The notes under the pieces were generated by a model. That model worked only from the letters and a program-made list of their open reading frames with translations. It was not told the DNA's origin and did no database searches. Below are positions 17,192 through 26,198 of a stretch of DNA of 64,000 nt, piece by piece. The position numbers were made by a program, and so were the translations under genes. Position 1 is the first letter of the stretch. Every line of letters begins with the position of its first letter. This DNA comes from an uncultured Pseudomonadales bacterium (GTDB taxonomy: Bacteria > Patescibacteriota > Microgenomatia > UBA1400 > PJMF01), in contig CAZUHV010000002.1 of the NCBI GenBank assembly GCA_964620965.1, positions 117,452 through 181,451 on the forward strand, written 5' to 3'.

Positions 17192-19897
17192 AAAATGAAT
17201 TTCATGTAAATATACACTGATTTCGGTATTTAGATAAAGTAAAAAATTTCCCAAAGAAAGCACTAAAAATGGAATTGCATAGTGTTTTTCATATACAAAA
17301 ACAAATAGTATTGCAGTTACTAATGACAAAAGTAAATTAATTTCCAATGCGCTGTCTAAAAAGTGCTTTAACAAAGATATTACTAACGAAAAATAGGATT
17401 TCTGAGCACTCTCTTTTTCAAGTTTTAATAGAGTACTTTCTTCAACTTCTGGCTTAAGATCAATCGACTGTGGAGCATAACCAGGAGCTACAACAGAAGC
17501 TGTAAGTGCTTCATCTAAGCTTTTTGGTACAAAAACCAATCCGTTTCTATGAACCTGTATCAGACTCTTTATCTGACCAGCAGAATCTTGAACTGTCACA
17601 ACTGCATTTCTCACCAACCGCTCAGTCTGAGTATCAACAAGCTTAATTTTATAATACTGACTTCCACCAACAACTAAGGTCTTCTTTTTACTAAAAATAA
17701 ATCTATGGTGGTGCAAAACAGAATGCAGTAATGTTCTTACCGAAAAATGAGATCGGGTTAAAAATCCAAACAAAGTAAGCGGGGTAGTAATACATAAAGT
17801 TAGCAGTGTAATCAATGTCAGCGTTGCATGAGACTCAGATTCCTTTTTCAAAAAGGTAACAAATAACTCAGTCTTTATTTTTGCTGTTTCAACATGATAT
17901 TCCACAGTTTTAAAGTATGGAAAGTATTCTTTTTCTAAATACAGTTGTGGGTAAAAAGTTGCGTTTGTAGTGTCAAATTCTAGAGATTGAGGGACATACC
18001 CAGTACTTTCAACCTCAATAAAATACTTGCCTTTAGGAAAAATAATGTCAATGCTACCTGCTGAGTTTGTAACATATTTTTCAAAAAAATCATATAATTT
18101 TGTAGTCTCATTATATTTTTTTATGTTCACTTTAGCTCGTTCAATCGGAAGTTTTGAGGCAGAATCATATACAGAAAAAGGTTGTACTACTAACAACTTT
18201 CCTAGACTAATATTTTTTTTGCTTCCAGCAAATGATTCTAAAGTTAGATACACCTGATATTTTCCAGGAATGTGTGGAATGGTCAAAGACCCAGACCAAA
18301 TCCCGTTTTGGATTTGGCTTATCTGAGATCCATACTGTGATTCTCCAAGTACTAAGCCTAAATCAATATCTGTTATTGTTTGTAGATATAAAGTTACCGA
18401 CTTTGTATCAAAACCTTCTAACAGTGGCAAAATAACTTCAAGCTCACTTCCTGCAGGAATGAGTAAATATTCCGGATCACCTAAGGAAGGAGAAAAAATA
18501 GGTTTTCCTTTCGAACTAACTGTAAAAGAAGTAAGTGTTACTGGATATGAGTCACTTGCTGTTAAAAATGCTAGTCGTTCAGAGCTACTTTGAACTCCAT
18601 TTTGAATTGAACTCAATAAGACATGGTATTCTTTATCTGGAAACAAATTATCTAAAACCAAGCTGTGGACCTTCTGTATTTGTAGTGACTCAAACACCTC
18701 TAACTTGGTCCCATCAACTGAGTAAACCGTCGCAGTTAGAGTACCAGGAGTATTCAAAATAACCTGCAACTCAGCAGATGTGCTCTCTACCGCAACTATT
18801 TTGTATGATACATACCCCGAAGATGCAGTTGTAGTAACTGCTGTTTGGCTTGTTGTACTTGCAGCCGGCGAAGAAGTTGGGGTAGGTGTACTCCCAGTAT
18901 TTGAAGTCGAAGATCCAGAAGAGCTTGAAACATACTTATAACTCACTTCACTTGTACTGTCTGTTGTGGTAACTGGATTTGTAATACGACTATTCACTTG
19001 AGCTGTTACTTCAGAGGACCCTGTATATTGAGCTGTAGTTTTTAGTATAAATGAGACTGTTTGGTTTTGAGTATTACCAGGAATTGCTGAAATCGTCCAA
19101 GTAATTGTTCTGTTGGTTAAGTTGATAACCGGCTCTGTATTATTATAAGCATCAGTGGCACTCCCAGCTACGTACTCAAAAAGGTCTACTGATGGAGAAC
19201 CAGCTCCAAAAATCGTCCCTTGTTCCCATTCTGCGACAATCGTTAGAGGTGTTGAAAAATCGTACTCAGTTCCATAAGTGATCACATACTCAATCTGCGT
19301 ATTCTGAGGAATTTGAGTTACTGAATCCTGCGTACTAATAACTGCAGAAAAATCAGAAATAGGAGGCAAAACTTGACCTGTAACAACTATTTGATCGTTT
19401 GAAACTACTGGAACAACTATGTCGACTAGATCAACTTGAGAACCACCTTGCCTTGTTTCTAACTGCCAAATATATTCACTAGAACTTCCTTGAGTACTTG
19501 GGTTGTTAGTTATTCCTCCAGTGATATAAAAACCATACGTTATTCCAACAGATAGATCCCCACTTGGAAACACTACTGTCTGCCCAGATTTTTGAACTGC
19601 TGTTCCAATACCTGGCCATGCAGTAATACCACTTGGTAGACCTGAAGTTGAAACTGTATATGAGCTCGCTACACTTGATATTGTCCATAAATTTGAAATC
19701 GTAACAGCTACTTGATCTTCAGTAACTCCTACACTTGAAACTGTTGCTGTAATCAAAACTGGAAGAGGAACACTTGAAACCTTATTTCTCTCTGGTCGAA
19801 CTGTTGCATTAGAAAAATCTGCCAAAACAGACTGGGGAATAAACAAAAAAAAGACCAACAAAAAGAAAGCTGTGACTCGACAGATAAGTTGTTTCAT
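17177..19897 (-). CDS. large (906 aa) secreted/anchored surface protein with carboxypeptidase-regulatory-like (Cna-B-like) domains and C-terminal TM helices
   Basis: Signal peptide MKQLICRVTAFFLLVFFLFIPQSVLA, long Ser/Thr-rich tracts, and a KYFIEVESTGYVPQ-type beta-sandwich. C-terminal hydrophobic segments flank a His-rich loop (LHSVLHHHRF). It is convergent with the plus-strand cluster. Confidence 0.75.
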   Translation of the reverse strand: MKQLICRVTAFFLLVFFLFIPQSVLADFSNATVRPERNKVSSVPLPVLITATVSSVGVTEDQVAVTISNLWTISSVASSYTVSTSGLPSGITAWPGIGTAVQKSGQTVVFPSGDLSVGITYGFYITGGITNNPSTQGSSSEYIWQLETRQGGSQVDLVDIVVPVVSNDQIVVTGQVLPPISDFSAVISTQDSVTQIPQNTQIEYVITYGTEYDFSTPLTIVAEWEQGTIFGAGSPSVDLFEYVAGSATDAYNNTEPVINLTNRTITWTISAIPGNTQNQTVSFILKTTAQYTGSSEVTAQVNSRITNPVTTTDSTSEVSYKYVSSSSGSSTSNTGSTPTPTSSPAASTTSQTAVTTTASSGYVSYKIVAVESTSAELQVILNTPGTLTATVYSVDGTKLEVFESLQIQKVHSLVLDNLFPDKEYHVLLSSIQNGVQSSSERLAFLTASDSYPVTLTSFTVSSKGKPIFSPSLGDPEYLLIPAGSELEVILPLLEGFDTKSVTLYLQTITDIDLGLVLGESQYGSQISQIQNGIWSGSLTIPHIPGKYQVYLTLESFAGSKKNISLGKLLVVQPFSVYDSASKLPIERAKVNIKKYNETTKLYDFFEKYVTNSAGSIDIIFPKGKYFIEVESTGYVPQSLEFDTTNATFYPQLYLEKEYFPYFKTVEYHVETAKIKTELFVTFLKKESESHATLTLITLLTLCITTPLTLFGFLTRSHFSVRTLLHSVLHHHRFIFSKKKTLVVGGSQYYKIKLVDTQTERLVRNAVVTVQDSAGQIKSLIQVHRNGLVFVPKSLDEALTASVVAPGYAPQSIDLKPEVEESTLLKLEKESAQKSYFSLVISLLKHFLDSALEINLLLSLVTAILFVFVYEKHYAIPFLVLSLGNFLLYLNTEISVYLHEIHFSAKK

Positions 19898-19973
19898 ACT
19901 ATATATAATAATGACATATACTTTACTTGCTTGTCATGAGGAAACTATAGTATGATCAGCGATACAGGAATTT

Positions 19974-20684
19974 ATGACTAAAAAGAAACTTTTTGGAACA
20001 GCTGTACTCATTGTTTTATTTGTTGCTATTACTGCAACAGCAGCATATTTTTACTGGCAATATTCTCAAGTAGTAAAAAAGAACTCTACAACAGAAGTCA
20101 CACAATTAGTAACAGAAATTGGGGAAATTATGCTATTACCTAATTCTTTACCAACAGTTGCAACAGTAACAGAAAAAGAAAAACTTGAACCCCAAAGCTT
20201 TTTCAAGAATGCAGAAAATGGAGACAAAGTTCTCCTCTATATTGAAGAAAAAAAGGCCATATTGTACAGGCCGTCTATAAAAAAGATTATTGAAGTCTCA
20301 CCAATTCAATCTGACACTACTGCTCAAAATCAACTTGAACAAACTATTAGTAACACCACAACCGACAGTGCTGCAGAAACAGAGCAAGAAGCTGAACCTG
20401 TGCCAACTATTGTGTTATATAACGGCACAGAAACGCCTGGAATTACTAGTAGTGTCGAAAAATCATTATCCTCACTTCCATTTGAGTTCGAGGTCCTAGA
20501 AAAAGAAAATGCTCAAGAAAATACATATGAAGAAACTAGAGTATTTGATATCAGTGGGAAATACTCTGATAAAGCGGAAGAAATTGCAAAAACATTAAAT
20601 GTAACTGTAGAAACAGAACTGCCAAGTAGTGAAAAAGAACCAAAATCTGATATTCTTATTATTGTTGGAAAAGATAGGTTATAA
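19974..20684 (+). CDS. membrane-anchored LytR_C-domain protein
   Basis: N-terminal TM LFGTAVLIVLFVAITATAAYFYW. The C-terminal region PTIVLYNGTETPGITSSVEKSL...ILIIVGKD resembles the LytR cell-envelope-related C-terminal domain. Confidence 0.6.
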   Translation: MTKKKLFGTAVLIVLFVAITATAAYFYWQYSQVVKKNSTTEVTQLVTEIGEIMLLPNSLPTVATVTEKEKLEPQSFFKNAENGDKVLLYIEEKKAILYRPSIKKIIEVSPIQSDTTAQNQLEQTISNTTTDSAAETEQEAEPVPTIVLYNGTETPGITSSVEKSLSSLPFEFEVLEKENAQENTYEETRVFDISGKYSDKAEEIAKTLNVTVETELPSSEKEPKSDILIIVGKDRL

Positions 20685-20686
20685 AA

Positions 20687-20715
20687 TTGACTTTTGAGCA
20701 GTTTTGTTGTATAAT
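20687..20715 (+). promoter_or_regulatory. sigma70-like promoter TTGACT-N17-TATAAT
   Basis: TTGACT lies at 20687-20692 and TATAAT at 20710-20715, about 75 nt upstream of the 20790 ATG. Confidence 0.45.
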
Positions 20716-20789
20716 AATGCTGTTTGATGTCACTAAAATAATACAACTATTTATCACATCAAAGACAAAAAATCCTCCCAAAAAAAATT

Positions 20790-21359
20790 ATGAAACAAAA
20801 CTTTATGTCTGGAATGATGATTGCGGTGCTTCCTTTAGGACTTGCAACACATCAAAATCAAACACTCAGTTCTCAATTACAAATACAGAATCAACAACAA
20901 GTTCGCTGTGAAGCAATCTCTAGTATTGAGTTTCCACAATCCAAAACCCTGTCTATAAGTGAAAAAAAAATTGATTTGGAACTATTTGTAGAGAAACAAG
21001 ATCCAGTAACTCCTCAACCCGTTGTGAAAAAAGCACCTGTAGCAGCTCCAGAGGAGCTAGAACAGTTATTCACTAAATACTCCGCTGAGTATGGTATTTC
21101 AAGTGATGCTTTAAAAGTTATCGCAAACTGTGAATCTCACTATAATCCAAATGCACTTTCTAAAAATGGTTTATATGGTGGTATGTTTCAGTTCTCTGCA
21201 AGTACCTGGAGATCAACTAGAAAAGCGATGGGCTTAGATGAAAATCCTGACCTTCGTTTTAATGCAGAAGAAGCTATTAGAACTACTGCATATACAATCT
21301 CAAAAAACGGAGTTGGGGCTTGGCCTCATTGTGGAAAAAAAGTTGCTATAACAGAGTAA
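20790..21359 (+). CDS. transglycosylase-like domain protein (Rpf/transglycosylase-like family), secreted
   Basis: The ANCESHYNPNALSKNGLYGGMFQFSASTWRS motif matches the transglycosylase-like (CES..G..QF...TW) domain. The N-terminus has a hydrophobic signal. Confidence 0.7.
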   Translation: MKQNFMSGMMIAVLPLGLATHQNQTLSSQLQIQNQQQVRCEAISSIEFPQSKTLSISEKKIDLELFVEKQDPVTPQPVVKKAPVAAPEELEQLFTKYSAEYGISSDALKVIANCESHYNPNALSKNGLYGGMFQFSASTWRSTRKAMGLDENPDLRFNAEEAIRTTAYTISKNGVGAWPHCGKKVAITE

Positions 21360-21403
21360 ACATTTTATACTTTACAATTTCTAAACTGTGATACAATCGC
21401 AGT

Positions 21404-21967
21404 ATGAAAACACATAATCCAGAAGTAGAGATCAACCTAGAAAATTTCGAAGAACAATACAGAACTATTACTGCAAGGATTCGACCGTTACTAACCGTTA
21501 GAAATCCACAAAATCTCATAAATGGCATTACTCCTCAGGAACTTGGTCAGTTACACAATATTGCACAATTTGATGCAAAAACTCAGGACTTATTCAATCA
21601 GTTAGTTTCTGGAAAAATAACTAATGAATGGAAAGCGTTTGCTATTTTTACTCGTTTTAAAGATATAAGTCTTAAAAGCTTTCAACAAATGACAGAATCC
21701 CAAAAAATGAAACTTGCCCTAGAAGCTTTAGCTCTAGCTACTGCTGCTAAATATTACCTTGCAAGGTTATATCTTTCAGACAAGAAAAAATACTTTATTA
21801 TGGTTGAATATATGGGTGATATTGTTCCTTCATATTGGACGGAACTTGGTGATGCAGGGGCAAGCTCTCTCCATACCTGCCTCACTACTCCCGCTCAAAG
21901 CAGAACTTCCAAAGATGAATGGATTGTCTCAGCTTTATCTGGAAATAACGTGCGACTGCATATTTAG
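21404..21967 (+). CDS. hypothetical protein
   Basis: A 187-aa ORF. A TGaTACAAT extended -10-like element at 21389-21397 lies 6 nt before the ATG. No motif was recognised. Confidence 0.5.
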   Translation: MKTHNPEVEINLENFEEQYRTITARIRPLLTVRNPQNLINGITPQELGQLHNIAQFDAKTQDLFNQLVSGKITNEWKAFAIFTRFKDISLKSFQQMTESQKMKLALEALALATAAKYYLARLYLSDKKKYFIMVEYMGDIVPSYWTELGDAGASSLHTCLTTPAQSRTSKDEWIVSALSGNNVRLHI

Positions 21968-23187
21968 GCTAGCTGCTTGTTATTTTTATAAGATTCGGCA
22001 ATTTTGGTATACAACTGAATAATCTCATCCTTTGTTGGATTTGAAGAACAACTTTTAAGTATTCTTCTTGCTAATGGACCTTTTTCTAAAATGGTTTGCA
22101 AAATCTGAGCAAACTCTGAATGTTGCAACCGTAACTGTTTCATAAAAGGGGAGAGTATTATTTGTAATAATTCTTGAGCTCTAACTGGTTGTGTAATACC
22201 AAACTGTTCTAAATACTTTTCATTTGAAATAATCGCAAGTTCACCATCTTTAATAGTAGCAGTAAGTATTTCATACAATTCATCTGTAGGAACAGTTTTT
22301 TGTGCTTCAAATGACATCCATCTTTCCAAAACTAACTCATTTAAAATAAATACTACTGCTGATGAAACCGCGATATCTACATCAGGAGATTCCTGTGCAT
22401 CGATAAGTCTAATCTCTAGTGTATTTCTATCAAATCTTGCTATACAACCTCTAGAATTGAGCTGCTCTGTTTGTAAAATTTTCTCTTTGTCATAAGGAGC
22501 TATATCTGTATACATGCCTTTTAGCATTGCTTGATAAGAAGCAAAATCATAGATTTGTTCAGGAATAATTTTTCCTGTTATAGAAGCAACCTTTTTTTGA
22601 TTTGTTCTATACACTTCTAAACGACTATCTATAAAACCTGTATTTTTTCCTTCCAAAAAAGGAGATGATGCAGCCAACGCAGGAATAAGTGGCAAAACTA
22701 ACCTAATTCCAGCTAATAATCTTGCGAATTCTGCTTCAGTGTTAAAAGGAATGTTTATGTGTACACTTTGCAAGTTTGCAAAACCATGAGTATAACAGTT
22801 AAAAACAGTATGGTATGCAAGATAGTGCTCATGGTATTTTCCTGGCCAAAGTTGGGTTTGTGTTTTTGGATCCATAAATGGATGAGCTCCTGTTGGCAAT
22901 AGCAAGGCTGAAAATCTATCAGCAATTACATTACATTTTTGCATTGCAGTATGAAACTGATCTGCCATTTCTTTTGAAAGCACGCCTGGTTTTGATACCT
23001 TGAATTCAATTACATGATTGACCAATTCATTGGACCAAGTTATTGGTCCATCTACAAACTCAACGCTTGGCTCACCATTTATAGCTTCAAGAATTTTGTC
23101 TGCAACAGAACTTATCTCAAAAGAGTTTTTTGAAACAACTGCTGTTTCTATTTCAATACCAAGTGGAGTTTCGAGCAAATTTTTCAT
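21964..23187 (-). CDS. carboxylate-amine ligase of the glutamate-cysteine ligase family 2 (GCS2/YbdK-like)
   Basis: LQSVHINIPFNTEAEFARLLAGIRLVLPLIPALAASSPF and NLQSVH...P are characteristic of GCS2. Length is 407 aa. Confidence 0.7.
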   Translation of the reverse strand: MKNLLETPLGIEIETAVVSKNSFEISSVADKILEAINGEPSVEFVDGPITWSNELVNHVIEFKVSKPGVLSKEMADQFHTAMQKCNVIADRFSALLLPTGAHPFMDPKTQTQLWPGKYHEHYLAYHTVFNCYTHGFANLQSVHINIPFNTEAEFARLLAGIRLVLPLIPALAASSPFLEGKNTGFIDSRLEVYRTNQKKVASITGKIIPEQIYDFASYQAMLKGMYTDIAPYDKEKILQTEQLNSRGCIARFDRNTLEIRLIDAQESPDVDIAVSSAVVFILNELVLERWMSFEAQKTVPTDELYEILTATIKDGELAIISNEKYLEQFGITQPVRAQELLQIILSPFMKQLRLQHSEFAQILQTILEKGPLARRILKSCSSNPTKDEIIQLYTKIAESYKNNKQLA

Positions 23188-23217
23188 AATTCGAGCCTAA
23201 ATTACCCATAAAAAAAT

Positions 23218-24693
23218 TTAAATAATAACACTCTTAATTTGAGTTATTTTATTATATCGTTGTACAAAACTTTCCAAAACAGTTGTATATAGCTCATCTT
23301 TTAAAACCCTATCTTCGGAATTAGAATCTAGATTTGGATTGTCGTTTATTTCGATTACATATACCATGTCATCAACAACTTTTAGATCAACTCCGTACAG
23401 CCCATCTCCAATAAATTTTGTAGCTTTTAATGCCGTTTCAACAACTTTTTTTGGAACCATATATATCGGAAGAGTTTCATACTTTCCCCAATTATTATCT
23501 TCATTTGTCCAGTCGTAAATTTGCCAATGGTCTTTAGCCATATAGTATTTACATGCAAATAATGGCTTACCATCTAAAACTCCAATGCGCCAATCATACT
23601 CTGTTGGCATAAACTTCTGTGCAATCACAACATCTGAATCTTTCAATAATTCAGAAGCTTTAACTAAAAATTCTTCTTTTGAATTAGCCTTTGTGACTCC
23701 CATTGAAAAAGATCCATCGGGCTGTTTTAAAACACAAGGATACTGTATTTCTTGAGATACCTTTTTTAAGTTTTTCTTGTAAATAATATGAGTTTCTGGA
23801 GTTAAAATTTTTTCTTGAGTAAGTATTTCATTAAGATATACCTTATTTGTACACTTCAATATTGAGATTGGATCATCAATAACTACCATACCTTCTGTTT
23901 GTGCAAACCGGGCAAATTTGTAAGTATAGTGATTTACCGCAGTTGTTGCACGAATAAACAAAGCATCATAACTCGAAAGATCTTCATAATCATCTTTCGT
24001 AATAAGCTCTGCCCTAATATTCATCGTATCTGCAATTTTAATAAATTTATCCAAAGCTGCTTGGTCTGAAGGAGGCTCTTTTTCTTGAGGATCAACTAAA
24101 ATTGCAAGATCAATATATGGACGTACAATTTGTCTTTTTGAATGAGCTTTTTTAGAAAAATAGTCTTTTGCAAAATCAATTAAATATTCCATGTGAGACT
24201 CAGGAATTGAGCTAATACTAATCGGAGATAAATTTTGAATTTCCCAAACACCATCATGCTTCACAAAACTCGCTTTTAGTAGTGGAGCCTGAAATAAATC
24301 ATAGAGCTCTTTGCTGAGTTTGTCGTACTGTTTACTTATATTTCTGCTAAAGTAAATACTTAACTCAAACTTATTTGACTTAATATGCTTGAGCGACTGC
24401 TGAAACAAAAGTTCAAGTTCTTCCGATATAGATCTAATAATTGTTTGCGATTTAAAGTCCTGAATCGCAGAGACACTTGGAAACACTTTATGGCCTCTTG
24501 CGTCTGCAAGTAAGGATACGTAATATCCCCATGATTGGTATTTGTACGAAGAACACAAGTTATACACTGTAGCCTTTTGTTGCCCAGAATATTCAGAAGA
24601 AGTTAAGTAATCTCTAGAAGATACAATCTTAATTTTTTCTAAGGAAAGCGGAAATGTCTTTGGATTATCAACAACAATAATAGTTGTGTGCAT
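23218..24693 (-). CDS. RimK-type ATP-grasp amidoligase with an approximately 230-aa N-terminal domain of unknown function
   Basis: The C-terminal half (YPCVLKQPDGSFSMGVTKA...VVIAQKFMPTEYDWRIGVLDGKPLFACKYYMAKDHWQI...YVIEINDNP) fits the RimK/GshB ATP-grasp fold. It lies 30 nt upstream of the GCS2 gene on the same strand. Confidence 0.75.
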   Translation of the reverse strand: MHTTIIVVDNPKTFPLSLEKIKIVSSRDYLTSSEYSGQQKATVYNLCSSYKYQSWGYYVSLLADARGHKVFPSVSAIQDFKSQTIIRSISEELELLFQQSLKHIKSNKFELSIYFSRNISKQYDKLSKELYDLFQAPLLKASFVKHDGVWEIQNLSPISISSIPESHMEYLIDFAKDYFSKKAHSKRQIVRPYIDLAILVDPQEKEPPSDQAALDKFIKIADTMNIRAELITKDDYEDLSSYDALFIRATTAVNHYTYKFARFAQTEGMVVIDDPISILKCTNKVYLNEILTQEKILTPETHIIYKKNLKKVSQEIQYPCVLKQPDGSFSMGVTKANSKEEFLVKASELLKDSDVVIAQKFMPTEYDWRIGVLDGKPLFACKYYMAKDHWQIYDWTNEDNNWGKYETLPIYMVPKKVVETALKATKFIGDGLYGVDLKVVDDMVYVIEINDNPNLDSNSEDRVLKDELYTTVLESFVQRYNKITQIKSVII

Positions 24694-24770
24694 ACTTTTG
24701 TGATATTAGAAATAGATCATAACATAATTTAAACACAATACTATAGCTAAACTATGCTATCCTTAAAGTT

Positions 24771-25499
24771 GTGAAGAAAATCACTTTTTTTATTTTATCG
24801 GCGGTATTTTTTTTACTTGGTTTTGCTTCTGTTTTTCTTCCTAAAAAACAGTACTGTGCAAACTCAATTTCTTGTATTAAAAACCTTGAAACAGAAGTTG
24901 ATAATACTCAAACAGCAACTTTTTTGGGTCAAGAAATTTCCCCACCAAAAATATACCTCTCAAATGAAGATGCAATGATTCCAAACCAGGTACTTGGCGT
25001 TGAGTCACAAGCAGAACTTGAAACAAATGATATTAAAAAACATATTTATGTAGACCTTAAAAACCAAACACTCTATGCATATGAAGGCAACGAGCTTTAT
25101 TTTCAAACTTTAGTTTCTACGGGAAAGTGGGGAAGAACTCCAACTGGAACTTTCAAAATTTGGATAAAAATTCGTGCACAAAAAATGTCTGGAGGTAGTG
25201 GAAATGATTATTACTATCTACCAAATGTGCCATATATCATGTTCTTCTACAATTCTGAAGTCTCTAAAGATCGCGGATTTAGTCTGCATGGAACATACTG
25301 GCATAATAATTTTGGTCATGCTATGAGTCATGGATGTGTGAACTTAAGAACCATAGATGCAAAAGTTCTCTATGACTGGACAACACCCGCTACTACTGCA
25401 ACAACGACTCGTGCAACTTCAGAAAATCCTGGAACTGAAATTACAATTTGCGATGAATTAGAAATAATTCAAGGGGAAACACCAAAATGCCTAGAATAA
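24771..25499 (+). CDS. L,D-transpeptidase (YkuD family), membrane-anchored
   Basis: N-terminal TM ITFFILSAVFFLLGFASVFL. The catalytic motif HGT...SHGCVNL is present. Confidence 0.8.
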   Translation: MKKITFFILSAVFFLLGFASVFLPKKQYCANSISCIKNLETEVDNTQTATFLGQEISPPKIYLSNEDAMIPNQVLGVESQAELETNDIKKHIYVDLKNQTLYAYEGNELYFQTLVSTGKWGRTPTGTFKIWIKIRAQKMSGGSGNDYYYLPNVPYIMFFYNSEVSKDRGFSLHGTYWHNNFGHAMSHGCVNLRTIDAKVLYDWTTPATTATTTRATSENPGTEITICDELEIIQGETPKCLE

Positions 25500-26182
25500 A
25501 AACAGTTTTTCTTTTTTTATTTTTCTTTGTTCTTGTGTTTCTAGGATCGTTTTTTGGAGCAAAGTATCTGCTGAACAAAGAACAAAGCACTCAGATAAGT
25601 GCCTCAGAAACAATGATTCTTGATACTCTAGAGTATGAAACTAACCAAAATACTCAACCAGTCCAAACTCCTCAAATTAGAATCGAATCTCAAACAACTT
25701 CTGCAACTCAAATCGCACCTCAGGGAGAATTTTTACTAACCTTAGATGTAAAAAATCAGAACTATACCGTTTACAAAACAGAAGTTAATCAACTACAGAT
25801 TGTGGATGAAAAAAATTCTGAAATTAAGCCAAAAGAATTTTTATTTTCTGAAAAACTACAAAGTGGGGAAACAATTAGTATCCCATTTAATACTTGGTCT
25901 CCAGATAATAAATACTTCTTTTTGAAAAAATCATCTCTTAACACAACAGACTTTCTTGTATTTAAAGCTACAGGAGAAAGTTTTTCAGAAACACCATACC
26001 TCAATATCACGGAACTTTTTTTGAAAAGAGAATTTCCATATAAAATTAAAGATGTAACAGGCTGGGCATCAAATGCATATGCAGTTGTTCAAACAATAAA
26101 TCCAGAAACAATGCAAAACGGGCCATCTTATTGGTTCAATGTTTATAACGGAGGATTTATTCAACTCTCATCTAGTTTTTAA
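25487..26182 (+). CDS. hypothetical signal-anchored protein
   Basis: A 231-aa ORF with N-terminal TM VFLFLFFFVLVFLGSFFGA. It overlaps the ldt gene by 13 nt. Confidence 0.5.
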   Translation: MPRIKTVFLFLFFFVLVFLGSFFGAKYLLNKEQSTQISASETMILDTLEYETNQNTQPVQTPQIRIESQTTSATQIAPQGEFLLTLDVKNQNYTVYKTEVNQLQIVDEKNSEIKPKEFLFSEKLQSGETISIPFNTWSPDNKYFFLKKSSLNTTDFLVFKATGESFSETPYLNITELFLKREFPYKIKDVTGWASNAYAVVQTINPETMQNGPSYWFNVYNGGFIQLSSSF

Positions 26183-26198
26183 AAACACTCACTATTCA

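Noticed and set aside
20290-20499. Small plus-strand ORFs (20290..20499, 20687..20911) in and around the LytR_C gene.
   Set aside because: They are embedded in another frame of a supported gene or its promoter region, and they have no motif or ribosome-binding site.
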